From IMG/VR virus record IMGVR_UViG_3300033120_000852, positions 32,685-96,684 of that record: a stretch of DNA of 64,000 bases; one strand, 5' to 3'. The stretch comes from a virus. The notes beneath the pieces are model-generated. The model saw only the letters and a program-made list of their open reading frames with translations. It did no database searches and was not told where the DNA came from. Positions 36,464 to 47,900 of this stretch are shown here, piece after piece; within the stretch, counting starts at the first letter, position 1; each line of letters starts with the position of its first letter. The position numbers and the translations under genes were made by a program.

Positions 36464-39332
36464 ATTAAAAGCTACATATGGTGGCTATAAAGAAGTAGCT
36501 CAATTTGGTTTAGCTGAATTAGCTAATGCTCCTTATTATCAACAAATAACTGATGCTGTTGGTGCTCCACAACAACCAGTACCTATACAACAAAATAATG
36601 GATCAGGAGCAATGAATGCTATTAGTGGTGTAGTAGGTGCTGTAGATACTGGTATATCAGCTTTTCAAAAATTTCAACAAATGAAAGGTAGATTAGCTTA
36701 TGGTATTCAACAAGGTATCGCTGGAGCTGCTGCTATTGGTAATATGTTTACTGAAACTCAACTTAGACGTGAGGAAAGAGAACAAAAGATTCAATCTCTT
36801 CAAGGAGCAGCATATGAAAATACTAATAGAGGTTTAAATAATATTCCAGCTTATACTAAATATGGTGGAGATTTAACTAAAATGAAAAATGGTGGAGATG
36901 CTAAAGTAAGACAATATCAAGAGATGCTTAACAAAACTTATGGAGCTAATCTTAAAGTCGATGGGGCTTGGGGTAAAAATACACAAGCAGCTTTTGAAAA
37001 ATTTGTACAATCTCAAGATAAAAGCAATACTAACAAACCATTTGATCCTTTTAGACAAAGAGAAGATTTATCTAATTCTGTAATAAAAAGAGGTGCTCCT
37101 AAATTACCTAAAGATGCACAAGCGATATATGATCAAAGAAGATTTCAAGGAGCACCATATTCTATTGTTTCCAAAGAAGATGAAAATATTTATAATTTTG
37201 ATGCTGATGGTAATCTTGTTTTAAAAGATGAAGTTGGATTGGGTAAAGATCGAGGTGATCAAGCTCCTGTTGCTTTTCAAAAAGGAAAAGAAAATACAGC
37301 AAGTGGTGAGTATAGAATTACAAACTCACGATCAGCAGCTGTGGATATTAATTATAAAGGTTATGATGCAGATAATTTCTACGCTATAGAAAACACAGAC
37401 CCCAATAAAAAGATAAAAGGTTCTCCTACAAATCCTAAATATAAAGATGCAACTGTTGCTATACACGGTATACCTAAAAATTTAATTAATAATAGATTAC
37501 CTTTATTAAATGATCCTAGACTTTCTAATAGAATGTCTTCTGGTTGTATTAATTGTAGAAAAGAAACATTAAACAATAAATATTTTACTGATTTAGATCG
37601 AGAGAAATATAGACTGTATGTTACAGATGAACCTAAAAGACAAAATGGTGGTTACGGAGAACCTAATGTTGAAGCTGAAAGAGGAGAAGTATTTCAAAAC
37701 AACGGAGATGTACTTAAAATAGATGATGATGCTAATAGTCACGAACAAGGTGGTGTTAATATTCAAGCAGAAAAAGTATTAGAAAATACAAGTACTCTTA
37801 GAAAAGATCCTATTAGTAAAGCTCTTAAATTAGATAAAGAAGTTATATCTGAAATGTCTGGTTTTAAAGCTAAAAGAGGAATGTCACATTCTGAAGCTTA
37901 TACTTTTGAAGCTAAGGAGACTGCTAATCTACAAGGTAAATTTTTAAAAGCAATTACAAAAACAATAGAAAATCCTAAATCAGACAAGTATGCAATTACT
38001 TCTGCTCATTTAAATACTGAATTAGGACTAGGACAATTACCAACTGAGAATGAAATATTTGATAAATATTTTAATGACCAAGAAAAAACAAAAGAAGATA
38101 TGGGATTTTATGATACTAAACTAGAAGCTAAATATGGTAAAAAATTACCTATGGCTAAAGACGGAATAATTAATCCTTATCGTAAAGGTAAAACTAAAAC
38201 ACCTACTGGAGCAAATTCAAATTTTCAAGGTACTAATGAGGATTGGAAAACTTATGTAGATATGTGGTCTGAAAATATGGGTAAAAATTATGATCCCAAT
38301 AACTATAAAGGTGTTTATGATTTACAGTGGGATGCTTATAATTATTCATTAGAAAACAATCCAGATGAAATTAGAAATATGTGGAAAACATATGGATTAA
38401 ATGAAGCAGCTAAACAAAATGGTAAAGATTATGATGTTAATAATTTAACAGATGAACAACTTTTAGATTTAAGAAGTTCTTATACTGATGGATTAGCTGG
38501 TGTTAGAATGTTACCTCCTGTACATAGAGATAAATTTTCTCCTGTTGAACCAATTACACCTCGTCAATCTACACAAGCAGCTCCTGCTTTACCAACTATT
38601 CCTGGCAGTACTCCTCCTTTAGTTCCTAATGAAACAGTACCATCAACTAATACTTCTCCTGTAATTAACAATCCTGTTAAACAAGGAGAATTTAATCAAC
38701 CAATGGAATGGTTTGATACTCTTGGACCAAATATGCAAATATTAAAATCTCTTCGTAGAGATCCAGAATTATATAATCCTGTAAATATTGCACAATTAAA
38801 ATTACAACAACAAGATGTACGTCCTGCGTTACAAAATAGTCAAGCTGAATATAATGCAGCTTCTGCTAATTTAGGAAACGATAGTGTTAGTGCCGCACAA
38901 AAAGCACAAATGTTTAGTAATAAATTAAGAGTAGATAATCAAGTTATAGGTCAATATGAAAACGCTAACAAACAGATCCAAAATCAAGAAACGCAGTACA
39001 ACACCAACGCTAGAGATAGACAAGAAGCAGCAAATGCTCAATCAAGAGAAAGTTTCTATACTAAAGTCCTTCAAGGAAGAGCTAAACAGGAAGAACAATT
39101 ATTAACTGGTATTGACGCATTAGCTAAAACTTATGCTGAACGTAGAGCATTTAATAATAATGCAAATCTTTTAATGAAGCTTGCTCCTAATTTTAATGCT
39201 AAAGGTGAATATAATGGTGTCCCTGCAACTATTTCTAGTGGTGGTTCTAATCAACCGGGAGTAGTTACTAATACTAAAGGTCAACCAACAGTAAATGCTC
39301 AAGGACAATACTTACTTCGTACTAAAAGATAA
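36447..39332 (+). CDS. Virion cargo protein with peptidoglycan-binding and L,D-transpeptidase-like domains
   Basis: ORF track gives 36420..39332; the ATG at 36447 is more likely. VRQYQEML...LKVDGAWGKNTQAAF (PG-binding-like) and AIHG...SSGCIN (YkuD-like). Confidence 0.75.
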   Translation: MSSKIKLKATYGGYKEVAQFGLAELANAPYYQQITDAVGAPQQPVPIQQNNGSGAMNAISGVVGAVDTGISAFQKFQQMKGRLAYGIQQGIAGAAAIGNMFTETQLRREEREQKIQSLQGAAYENTNRGLNNIPAYTKYGGDLTKMKNGGDAKVRQYQEMLNKTYGANLKVDGAWGKNTQAAFEKFVQSQDKSNTNKPFDPFRQREDLSNSVIKRGAPKLPKDAQAIYDQRRFQGAPYSIVSKEDENIYNFDADGNLVLKDEVGLGKDRGDQAPVAFQKGKENTASGEYRITNSRSAAVDINYKGYDADNFYAIENTDPNKKIKGSPTNPKYKDATVAIHGIPKNLINNRLPLLNDPRLSNRMSSGCINCRKETLNNKYFTDLDREKYRLYVTDEPKRQNGGYGEPNVEAERGEVFQNNGDVLKIDDDANSHEQGGVNIQAEKVLENTSTLRKDPISKALKLDKEVISEMSGFKAKRGMSHSEAYTFEAKETANLQGKFLKAITKTIENPKSDKYAITSAHLNTELGLGQLPTENEIFDKYFNDQEKTKEDMGFYDTKLEAKYGKKLPMAKDGIINPYRKGKTKTPTGANSNFQGTNEDWKTYVDMWSENMGKNYDPNNYKGVYDLQWDAYNYSLENNPDEIRNMWKTYGLNEAAKQNGKDYDVNNLTDEQLLDLRSSYTDGLAGVRMLPPVHRDKFSPVEPITPRQSTQAAPALPTIPGSTPPLVPNETVPSTNTSPVINNPVKQGEFNQPMEWFDTLGPNMQILKSLRRDPELYNPVNIAQLKLQQQDVRPALQNSQAEYNAASANLGNDSVSAAQKAQMFSNKLRVDNQVIGQYENANKQIQNQETQYNTNARDRQEAANAQSRESFYTKVLQGRAKQEEQLLTGIDALAKTYAERRAFNNNANLLMKLAPNFNAKGEYNGVPATISSGGSNQPGVVTNTKGQPTVNAQGQYLLRTKR

Positions 39333-39360
39333 ATAATCAAAATATATTACAAATTCATTT

Positions 39361-39396
39361 AAAAAGATTACTGATTTTAATTAGTAATCTTTTTTT
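39361..39396 (+). terminator. Intrinsic terminator
   Basis: AAAAAGATTACTGAT-TTTA-ATTAGTAATCTTTTT plus extra Ts. A TATTTTTG promoter box follows at 39399-39406. Confidence 0.75.
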
Positions 39397-39434
39397 ATTA
39401 TTTTTGTATAAATTAGTAATCAAATATAATTATA

Positions 39435-41951
39435 ATGTCATCACAGTCTATCGTACATAAACCAGAAGCACCTGTAGCTCCATTTGATCTTGGAATATTT
39501 TCTAAAGTACTTATGTACAAACAGGCAAAATTTGACCAAGGTGCTGATGCCGTACAAAATCAAATTAATCAATTACAAAATCAACAAGTAATTGGTGAAA
39601 CTCAAAAGAAATATTTACAAGATAAAATAAATAGTACAATTGAAGGTGTAAATAGTATGGGAGGTTTAGATTTTTCTGATAGAAATGTTCTAAATCAAAC
39701 TTCTGGTTATATTAATGAAATAACGAAAGATCCTATTATAACATCAGCAATAACTAATACAAGAGCTATTCAAAAAGGTGTAGCTTATTTTGATAAGTTA
39801 AAACAAGATGCTGCTTCTGGAAAGAAAGGTGTTTATTATAATCCAGCTAATGAATATGATTACATGGAAAATGTAAATGATTATGTTCGTAGATCTCAAA
39901 CAGATGTTAAAGCTGCTTATAATGATAGACCTATTGCTCCTCCTGTAGATGTAAATAAGGCTTTAATGACAGCAGCTAAAGATGTTGTAGCATCTACATA
40001 TACAGAAGCTGATGGAACTAATAAATATATTCTTAAAACAGGTAAGATAGTAACAGCAGATAGACTGTATCAATACACATTGGATCAAATTCAAACAGAT
40101 CCTAATTTAGCAAATCAAGTTAGAATTAATGCTAAATATAATTATCTTCAAAAAGATGCTAATGGTAATATAAATCCTGCACAATTACAAAATCTTAAAC
40201 AAACATATCTTCAATCTAATGCAAATAAAATTAGTTCAATACAAAATGAATTAGTTGATCTTGCAAAACAAAAAGCAGCTACTTCAGATTCAAGTGCTCA
40301 AATAAGAATACAATCTCAAATAGATGATACTTCTAAAGAATTAGAAAAATATATTATTAATCAAGATTCGAGGACTTCAGAAATAGATCAAATTTTAGCA
40401 ACTAATCCAGAAGCAGCAGCAGCTAATGTTTATAGTAATAAACTATTAGAAGGTATTGTAGCAGCTAGAGCTTTTAGAGAAGAAAAAGTTCAGTATAATC
40501 AAGCAGAAATGTTTGTTGATAAAATGAATCTTGAAGCAAACAAAGAAGCTTTTAATCAAGACATTGAAACTCAAAAACTAGCATTAGAAACTACAAAAGT
40601 TGCTATAGCAGCAAGAGAAGCCGATGCTAATGGTAATCCTACAGGTGAAATATTATCTGAAGAAGTATCACTTCCAACTAATCTTAGAAAATCATCTCAA
40701 GATGTAATGGTAGATCAAGCTAGAGCTGTTGATATGCAAAAAGCAAATGTTCAACAAGATTATTATCATTATATATATCAATTTAAAAATGATGGTGGAT
40801 TAGTTACTAAAGTTGGTAACAATTATGTTCCTACTGAAAAGTTTAAAGAAGGATGGAATGATAATATGAAAAAACTTAAAGATTTAAGGGATGGTAAAAC
40901 ATTACCTGCACCATTAGATCCAGAGTTTATTAAAATGGCTATTAAATATCAAGAATTAGATTTAGTTAAAAATCAATATGTAAATACTATTACAGATGTT
41001 AATAGAGAAGCATTAGAACAAAAAAGAAAATCATTAGGTTTATCTGATTCTGATTATACTTCTTTTCTTAAAGGAAAAGCTTTAGTAGCTCAATTACCAG
41101 ATATAATGGTTCCTACTCTAGGAGCAAGTAAACCTGTAACAACTAAAGATTACTCTAAACTTCCTAGTGATCCAGAATCTAAAAAAGCATTTGATATTTA
41201 TAAAAAGTTTAATTCTCAAATGTCTATTGATCCAGAAATTATAGAAAGAATTTATAATACAAAAGGATCACAAGTAATTCCAAGAACAAGTATTCCTATA
41301 GGATTAAAAGAAGCTGATCTTAAAGCAAGATCAAATGCTTTAGTTGGTTTGATTAATAGAGGTGGTTATTATAGTGTTGATGGTTCTGAAAAACCAGAAA
41401 AAACTGCAAAAGAAGATTTATCTTCTGAAAATATTCGTTATTTAGGAGATACATATATGAATTTAGGAGATGGTTTTAGACCATATGTTAAAGCTCAAAT
41501 AGATAGTGGTACAGGAGAAAAGAAAACAACAAAAACTGTTTTTATAGATGCTGATGATACATATATTTCTAATTTTAGAAACTTTGCTCAAAATGTAAAC
41601 GAAGCTGCTAGACAACAAGTATTACGAGAAGGTAAAGTTACATTTGATTCTGCATCAGAAGATGGTAGAAATGTAATACAAACACAAGTTATCAAAAATA
41701 GTAGAGGATTAGATGATGAATCTGCTTCTGTTCAAGCATATATTACAAGAGATGCTAATGGTAAATTAATTAGTCCTCAAGCAGTAAATTTGAATCTGCC
41801 AAATATGAATATTAGTCAAGCAACTACATTAGCAAAAAACTTTGCACAAATGTATTCTGACTGGTATAAAAAAGCAGCTTTAACAGGACAACCTAAAAAC
41901 AAATTAAGAGTAACTGATTTTATAGATCAATTAAATAAAGTTTCAAAATAA
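39435..41951 (+). CDS. Virion cargo (ejection) protein
   Basis: 838 aa, helical and Q/N-rich, no Cys seen; precedes the giant genes. Confidence 0.65.
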   Translation: MSSQSIVHKPEAPVAPFDLGIFSKVLMYKQAKFDQGADAVQNQINQLQNQQVIGETQKKYLQDKINSTIEGVNSMGGLDFSDRNVLNQTSGYINEITKDPIITSAITNTRAIQKGVAYFDKLKQDAASGKKGVYYNPANEYDYMENVNDYVRRSQTDVKAAYNDRPIAPPVDVNKALMTAAKDVVASTYTEADGTNKYILKTGKIVTADRLYQYTLDQIQTDPNLANQVRINAKYNYLQKDANGNINPAQLQNLKQTYLQSNANKISSIQNELVDLAKQKAATSDSSAQIRIQSQIDDTSKELEKYIINQDSRTSEIDQILATNPEAAAANVYSNKLLEGIVAARAFREEKVQYNQAEMFVDKMNLEANKEAFNQDIETQKLALETTKVAIAAREADANGNPTGEILSEEVSLPTNLRKSSQDVMVDQARAVDMQKANVQQDYYHYIYQFKNDGGLVTKVGNNYVPTEKFKEGWNDNMKKLKDLRDGKTLPAPLDPEFIKMAIKYQELDLVKNQYVNTITDVNREALEQKRKSLGLSDSDYTSFLKGKALVAQLPDIMVPTLGASKPVTTKDYSKLPSDPESKKAFDIYKKFNSQMSIDPEIIERIYNTKGSQVIPRTSIPIGLKEADLKARSNALVGLINRGGYYSVDGSEKPEKTAKEDLSSENIRYLGDTYMNLGDGFRPYVKAQIDSGTGEKKTTKTVFIDADDTYISNFRNFAQNVNEAARQQVLREGKVTFDSASEDGRNVIQTQVIKNSRGLDDESASVQAYITRDANGKLISPQAVNLNLPNMNISQATTLAKNFAQMYSDWYKKAALTGQPKNKLRVTDFIDQLNKVSK

Positions 41952-44900
41952 TGGCAGAATTTCAAGTACCTAATCCAACAATGTCGTTAGCGACACAAAA
42001 TACATTAGGTGACATAACAAGTATTGCTCCAGTAAATTTTTATAATCCTTTACCTGTAAAAGACTATACTTCCGGTGTAGTAAATCCAATACCAGTAAAA
42101 GATCCTATAGAAAAACAAATTGAGGATATTACTTCAAATATATTAGGTAATCAACTTAAAGAAATTAATAAAGATAAAGGATTAACTAATAAACTTACTA
42201 ATCCTAGCCAAGTTCCTTATGAAGAAACTAAACGTTATCAAGATTCAGAATTAGGTTATACAACTTCTCCTAATTTAGAATTTATGTATGGTGAGAAACA
42301 AGGACTTACTGGTGCTATTGGTAATTCATTAATTCAATCTGCTGGTAACTTTGTATCTTCTTTTTTAGGATCATTTACTAATACATATTCTATTGGAGCA
42401 GCAATTAAAAATGAAGATTTAGATAGTTTATTTGATAATGATCTAGTTAATGCAGCAAATACATTTAGTGAAATAGGACAAGATTGGGGAACAATATATG
42501 ATACACGTCAAATGCGTGATAATCCTTTGTTATCAAGAAAACTATTAACTAGTACTATTTCTTCTCTTGGTTATCTAGGAGCATTTGCAGGATCAGCAGT
42601 ACAAGATATTGCAATTAGTGCAGCTCTTGGTCCAGAAGCAGGTATAGGTTTAGCGGGTGTTCAATTAGCAAATGCTTATAAGAAAATAAGTCAGTTTGTA
42701 AAAGTATTCTCAAATGGTGAAGAAGGTGTAGAAGCTTTAAGAAAATCATTACTTGTTACAAAAAGTTTAGGTAATGCTGTTGATCAAGCAGCTACCTCTG
42801 TTCCTTTTAGAGAGGGATTCAGAAAGATCAATCAATATACAGCAGGTATGTTTGAAGCTTCAATAGAAGCTAAAGAAGCAGTAACAAAAGTAGAAGATAA
42901 ACTTAAGGATGAATACTTTAGACAAAATGGTTATCAGGCTAGTGGTGATGAATTAAAAGTAATTAAAGATAGAGCAAATGAAGCAGGTAACTGGACTTAT
43001 TTTGCAAATGCTGCATTACTTACAACAACTAATCATTTTGAATTTGGTGAATTATTTGAAAGATGGAGAGTTGGTAAAAGATCATTTGATACTAAACAAG
43101 GAGGACTTGATTTAGGTTTAGACGGGTATAATAAAATTATTAATAATACACCTGCAAGACAAGCGATTAAAGAAGGTGCTAGTTATTTAGAAAAAGCAAA
43201 AGATCTTGTTGTAAGAGCAGGTAGAAATACCCCTAGTGCTTTTACTATGGCTACTGGTGAATTTATCGAAGAAATGGGTCAAGGTATTATATCTGGTGCA
43301 TCTGAAGATTATTATACTAATTTTATAAATCCTCATAGTGGATTAGAATCTATTCTTAAAGCTACTGGTGAACAATTTGGTACACAAGAAGGATGGTTAT
43401 CTGGTATATCAGGTATCTTGACTGGAGCTGCTATGTCTGGTATATTAGCAGGAGCAGGAGTTAATCCTATGGATAAAACACCTGATGCTTTATATGCAAA
43501 CGCTGTTGTAGAAGAACTTAATAATAATAGTATTGGTACTTTTCTAAGAGAAAAAATAAGAGTAAATCAAATACAACAAACAAGAGAAAATGCTAATAAT
43601 GGTTTTATAAAAAGTAATTATGAAAAACAAGCAGAAGATCATACTGCTACTTTTAATCATTGGATTACTGGTTTAAAACATAAACAATATGATTTAAGAC
43701 AACAACAATTAGATGAGGCTAAAAATCTTCAAGGTAAAGACTTTACTGAAGAGTGGGGTATGGAATACAATGAAGAAAATAAAGCTGTTATAGATCGTTT
43801 TATTGATGAACAAAAGGCTAAAGGAAAACATATTAAAGAAGTCTTTGATACAATAGATAAAACTTTTATAAATCCTTTTGATAGAAGAAGTCGTATTGGT
43901 CGTAGTGAAGATAATAGTGAATCATATGCTTTATATGATGCTGTTAAAGATGAACTAGTATTTCAAGTTAGTAAATTTGATAATAATGAAGATTATATTA
44001 ATTCTCTTGTAAACAAAGCAACTACTAATTTAAAAGTATTACAAAACGGAAATGATATTTTAGATTTAGGTTCTCTTTATGGTGAAGAAATTGAAGAAGG
44101 TTTTTCAAGTAAAGATGGAAATATATTTAAAAAATATACAATAAAAAATAAAACTCCAAATTCTAATCAAGGATTATCTAAAATTAAAAAAGATCTTGAT
44201 AAAGAAATAAAAGATATTGAATCTTTACTTAATTCTGATTTAGTTGTTGGTGAAGATAGATCTAAATATAACAAAGATTTTGCTCGTAAAACATTATTAT
44301 CTTTACAAATTAATGATCTTTTAGAAAATGGATTAACTGAAGTTTTTACTGATAAAGAAGGTAGAAGTGGAATTAAACACACAGAAGATTACTTAGTATT
44401 TCTATCTCAATATTTAAATTCTAAAAGGAATGAAGCAGGAATAACAGAACCATTAAGTGCAAAACAATTAACAGATTTTTATACATCTGTTAGAAGTATA
44501 AATGATGCAACTCTATCTAATAACAGAACTGCTAAAATAATTAATGATCTTCTTTCTCCAAATGCTATTAAAAACTTTAAAGCTCAAGGAAAGAAAATAC
44601 AAGAGATAAGAACAAAACTTCAACAAGAAAAAGAATTAGTTGCAGAAGAAGAATTACAAAGTACAACTACTCCTGAAGTTAAAACAGAACAACAAAATGT
44701 TGAAACTGAAAAAACTAATGAACAAGAACAAAATACAGATCCACAACAAGGAGATCAATTTAAAGGAGAAATTTTAACTCAAGATGAAGAAGGAAATGAA
44801 ATTAGTTTAAAAGGTGATTTTGAAATAGTTGATAGAGATAATATAGATGATACAATTACTGTTAAACAAAATGGTAAAGAAACTGTTATACCTATAGAAG

Positions 44901-47900
44901 ACTTTAATAATTCTCCAGTAACTAAAGTTGATGAAGCTGAAAAAGTACAAACTAAAGTAAAAGCAGAATCACCTTCAGAAAAAATTGTAAATGTACCTAT
45001 TACTTCAGAACAATTAGAAGATAATTTAGAAGCTTCAAATAAAATTGAAGAAGTAGCTGTACCAGAAGATATTATTATAATTGATATAGAAAATAATACT
45101 TTTGAAATAGAAAATGAAAAAGGTCAACCTGAAACATTTAAAACATTAACAAGTGCTCTTGGACAAAAATATTCAGATGATATAGATTCTATTTATAAAA
45201 ATATAGCTATTCAAAGTTCTATTGTTTTACACGCATTATTTAAAAAATCTGAAACTACTTATGGTGAAATAGCTCAAAGTATTCCTGATATTAATGAAGA
45301 TAGATTTAATAATATTGTAGATGGTTATAAAGATTATAATCAATGGTTAATAAATAACAATAAAGAAATCGTTAAATCTGATTTTTATATTAAAGATTAT
45401 AATGAAAATGATAATAATGCTTTAGTTCATATTGATCTTTTGATCTACGATGTTAAAAATAGTTTATATCAAATAGTTGATTTTAAAACTAGAAGTTTAT
45501 ATAGTAATCAAAAAGACATTAATGGTGTTAAAGGTAATAATCCTGATCAATGGGATAAAGAACAAATTTTATATAAAAGAAATTTAGTTCAAAAAACTCT
45601 TAGTACTAGTGATATTAAAAATAAGAATTTTTCTACTATTGATTATATATTTAAATTTTTAACTACTTATACTAAAGATCAGAATGATCAAAAAGTATTA
45701 GAAACTATTACTCACGAAGATAAACCTATAACAATTTCTAATGGTTTAGAAGGTAAAGTTAGTAATTCTAAAGAATTAAAAATAGATGGTCATACTATTG
45801 ATTCATTAAAAAAATTAAGTCGTAAAGATTTTCAAGATATAATGAAACAAAATCGTATAACTACTAGAAAATTAACTAGTCCTAATATTGGTTTAATCCA
45901 TATGTGGGAAAAAGTTAGAACTAGATCAATTGAAGATTTAAAAGAATATAATAATAACAATAAAGATAAAAATCAGAAAAAAGATAATGAAGCTTTTTGG
46001 GTATGGCAAAGAGAAAATTTTGAAATGTTTTCTTTTAAAGATGAAGTTAAATCTTTAGATGAAATAGCTTTTAATAAAGAGTTTGATAATTTTATAAAAA
46101 CATTAAATTCTGAAGTTAAGAAAAATGATATTTTCTTTGAAATGGCTTATCCTATTTCAGATAAAGGTAGTTATAATATTATTGGTAGTTATAACGAAGT
46201 AGAACAAGTATTTGAATATAGTACAGATACAGATCAACAATTATCAGAAAATGAACTTAGAGACATAATTAGAAATAGAAAAATGGCTTTAGGTCAAACT
46301 AAAGAAGAAAAAATTTATGTACTCAAGGATGAATTATTAGTTAAAACTAATTTCACTAAGAAATTTAAAATATTTGTTAATGGTAGAAAAGTTAAAGATG
46401 ATAGAACTCGTCAACAAATAATTGATGATTATGGAACTAATAATTTAAGAGATATTATAAAAGGTATTTCTGAAAAATCATTATATTCTCCTGAAAAAGA
46501 ATTGGCTCTTAGTATAGCTGATAAAATACCTAGAAGATTTAATATAGAATTTATTGAAACTAATACTAAAGATGTTAGAATAGATTCTTATTATGATCCA
46601 GCAACAGAAAAATTAGTTATTAATATTGACAGACTTAAAGAATTAGGTTATTCAATTGATGGAGCTATTCTCCATGAGGCAATACATGTATTAACAGCTC
46701 AACGACTTAAAACAAGTACTAAGTTTATACAAGATATTCGTGAATTATCAAATATTGCTTCTACGTTCATAAATACACCAGAAGGTAAAGTAACATTAAA
46801 TAATATTTATGGTACGTCTAATGCTGAGATTTATGGTCTTACTGGTAACTTAGATGAGTTTATTGCAGAAGCATTGACAAGTCCAGACTTTCAAAACTTG
46901 TTAAGAGCAATTGATGCTAAAGATATAGTTACTGAAAAGAAATCTATATGGCCTAAATTAGTAGATTATATTAGACAAGCATTGGGTATTCAAGTAGAAG
47001 GATTTGAAGATACATTATTAGCTAAAACAGTTTATCGTATAGGTAAAGAATTTGATACTCTTAGTGTAGATAAAATTGGTAATTCATTAAACTTAGATTT
47101 TATATTTGGTAAAACAATTCTTAAAATAGAATCTAATGACGAATATAAAGATACAAATGAATTTGGTAATAAAATATTAAGGGAACAAAGTCTTGATGAT
47201 ATAATTAAAAATAGTATTGTTCATAAAGAGAATGGTGTTGAACCAAAATTTAAAAAGTTTCAAAACTTTGATTATATTTATAATTCTAAGTTTCCTTATA
47301 ATTTAGTTCTTAAATATCCTAATGCAGAAGGAGGAATGGAAACATTTACTTCTATGGGATTAGTTGATGGTTTTAGATTTAAAAGACCTAACAATGATGA
47401 ATTATTTACATTGGATCATCTAGCAGATAATGATATATCTGATTCTGAATTTGAATTAATTACTAAAGTAGATAGATCATTACGTTCTGAATTTATTAAT
47501 AAACTTAATTCTTATATAAACTTTCAATCTGAATTAGCTAATAAAGCAGATGATACAAATTTATCTGATCTTCCAGTTGAAATAAATATTAATAACGGAA
47601 CTCTTAAAACAGTACCTTATGAAAATAGAACAAATGTTAATGAATTAAAACCAATGATGTTTAGAGGTAGTGATGGTATTAGTCCAGCTCCTTTAATATT
47701 GGAAAGAAATTATACATGGGAATTAGGCGGAGGAAAAGTCAGAGAAGTAGATAGTGGTTTTAGTTCTATTTATAATGATCCTATCTTTGAGAATGAATTA
47801 TCTTCTGTTATGGATTATCTAAGAGAAAATATAGGTCAAATAAATTCTAAATTAAAAAGTACGTATGTATTAATAGTTCCTAAAGGAGGTATTCAAACAA

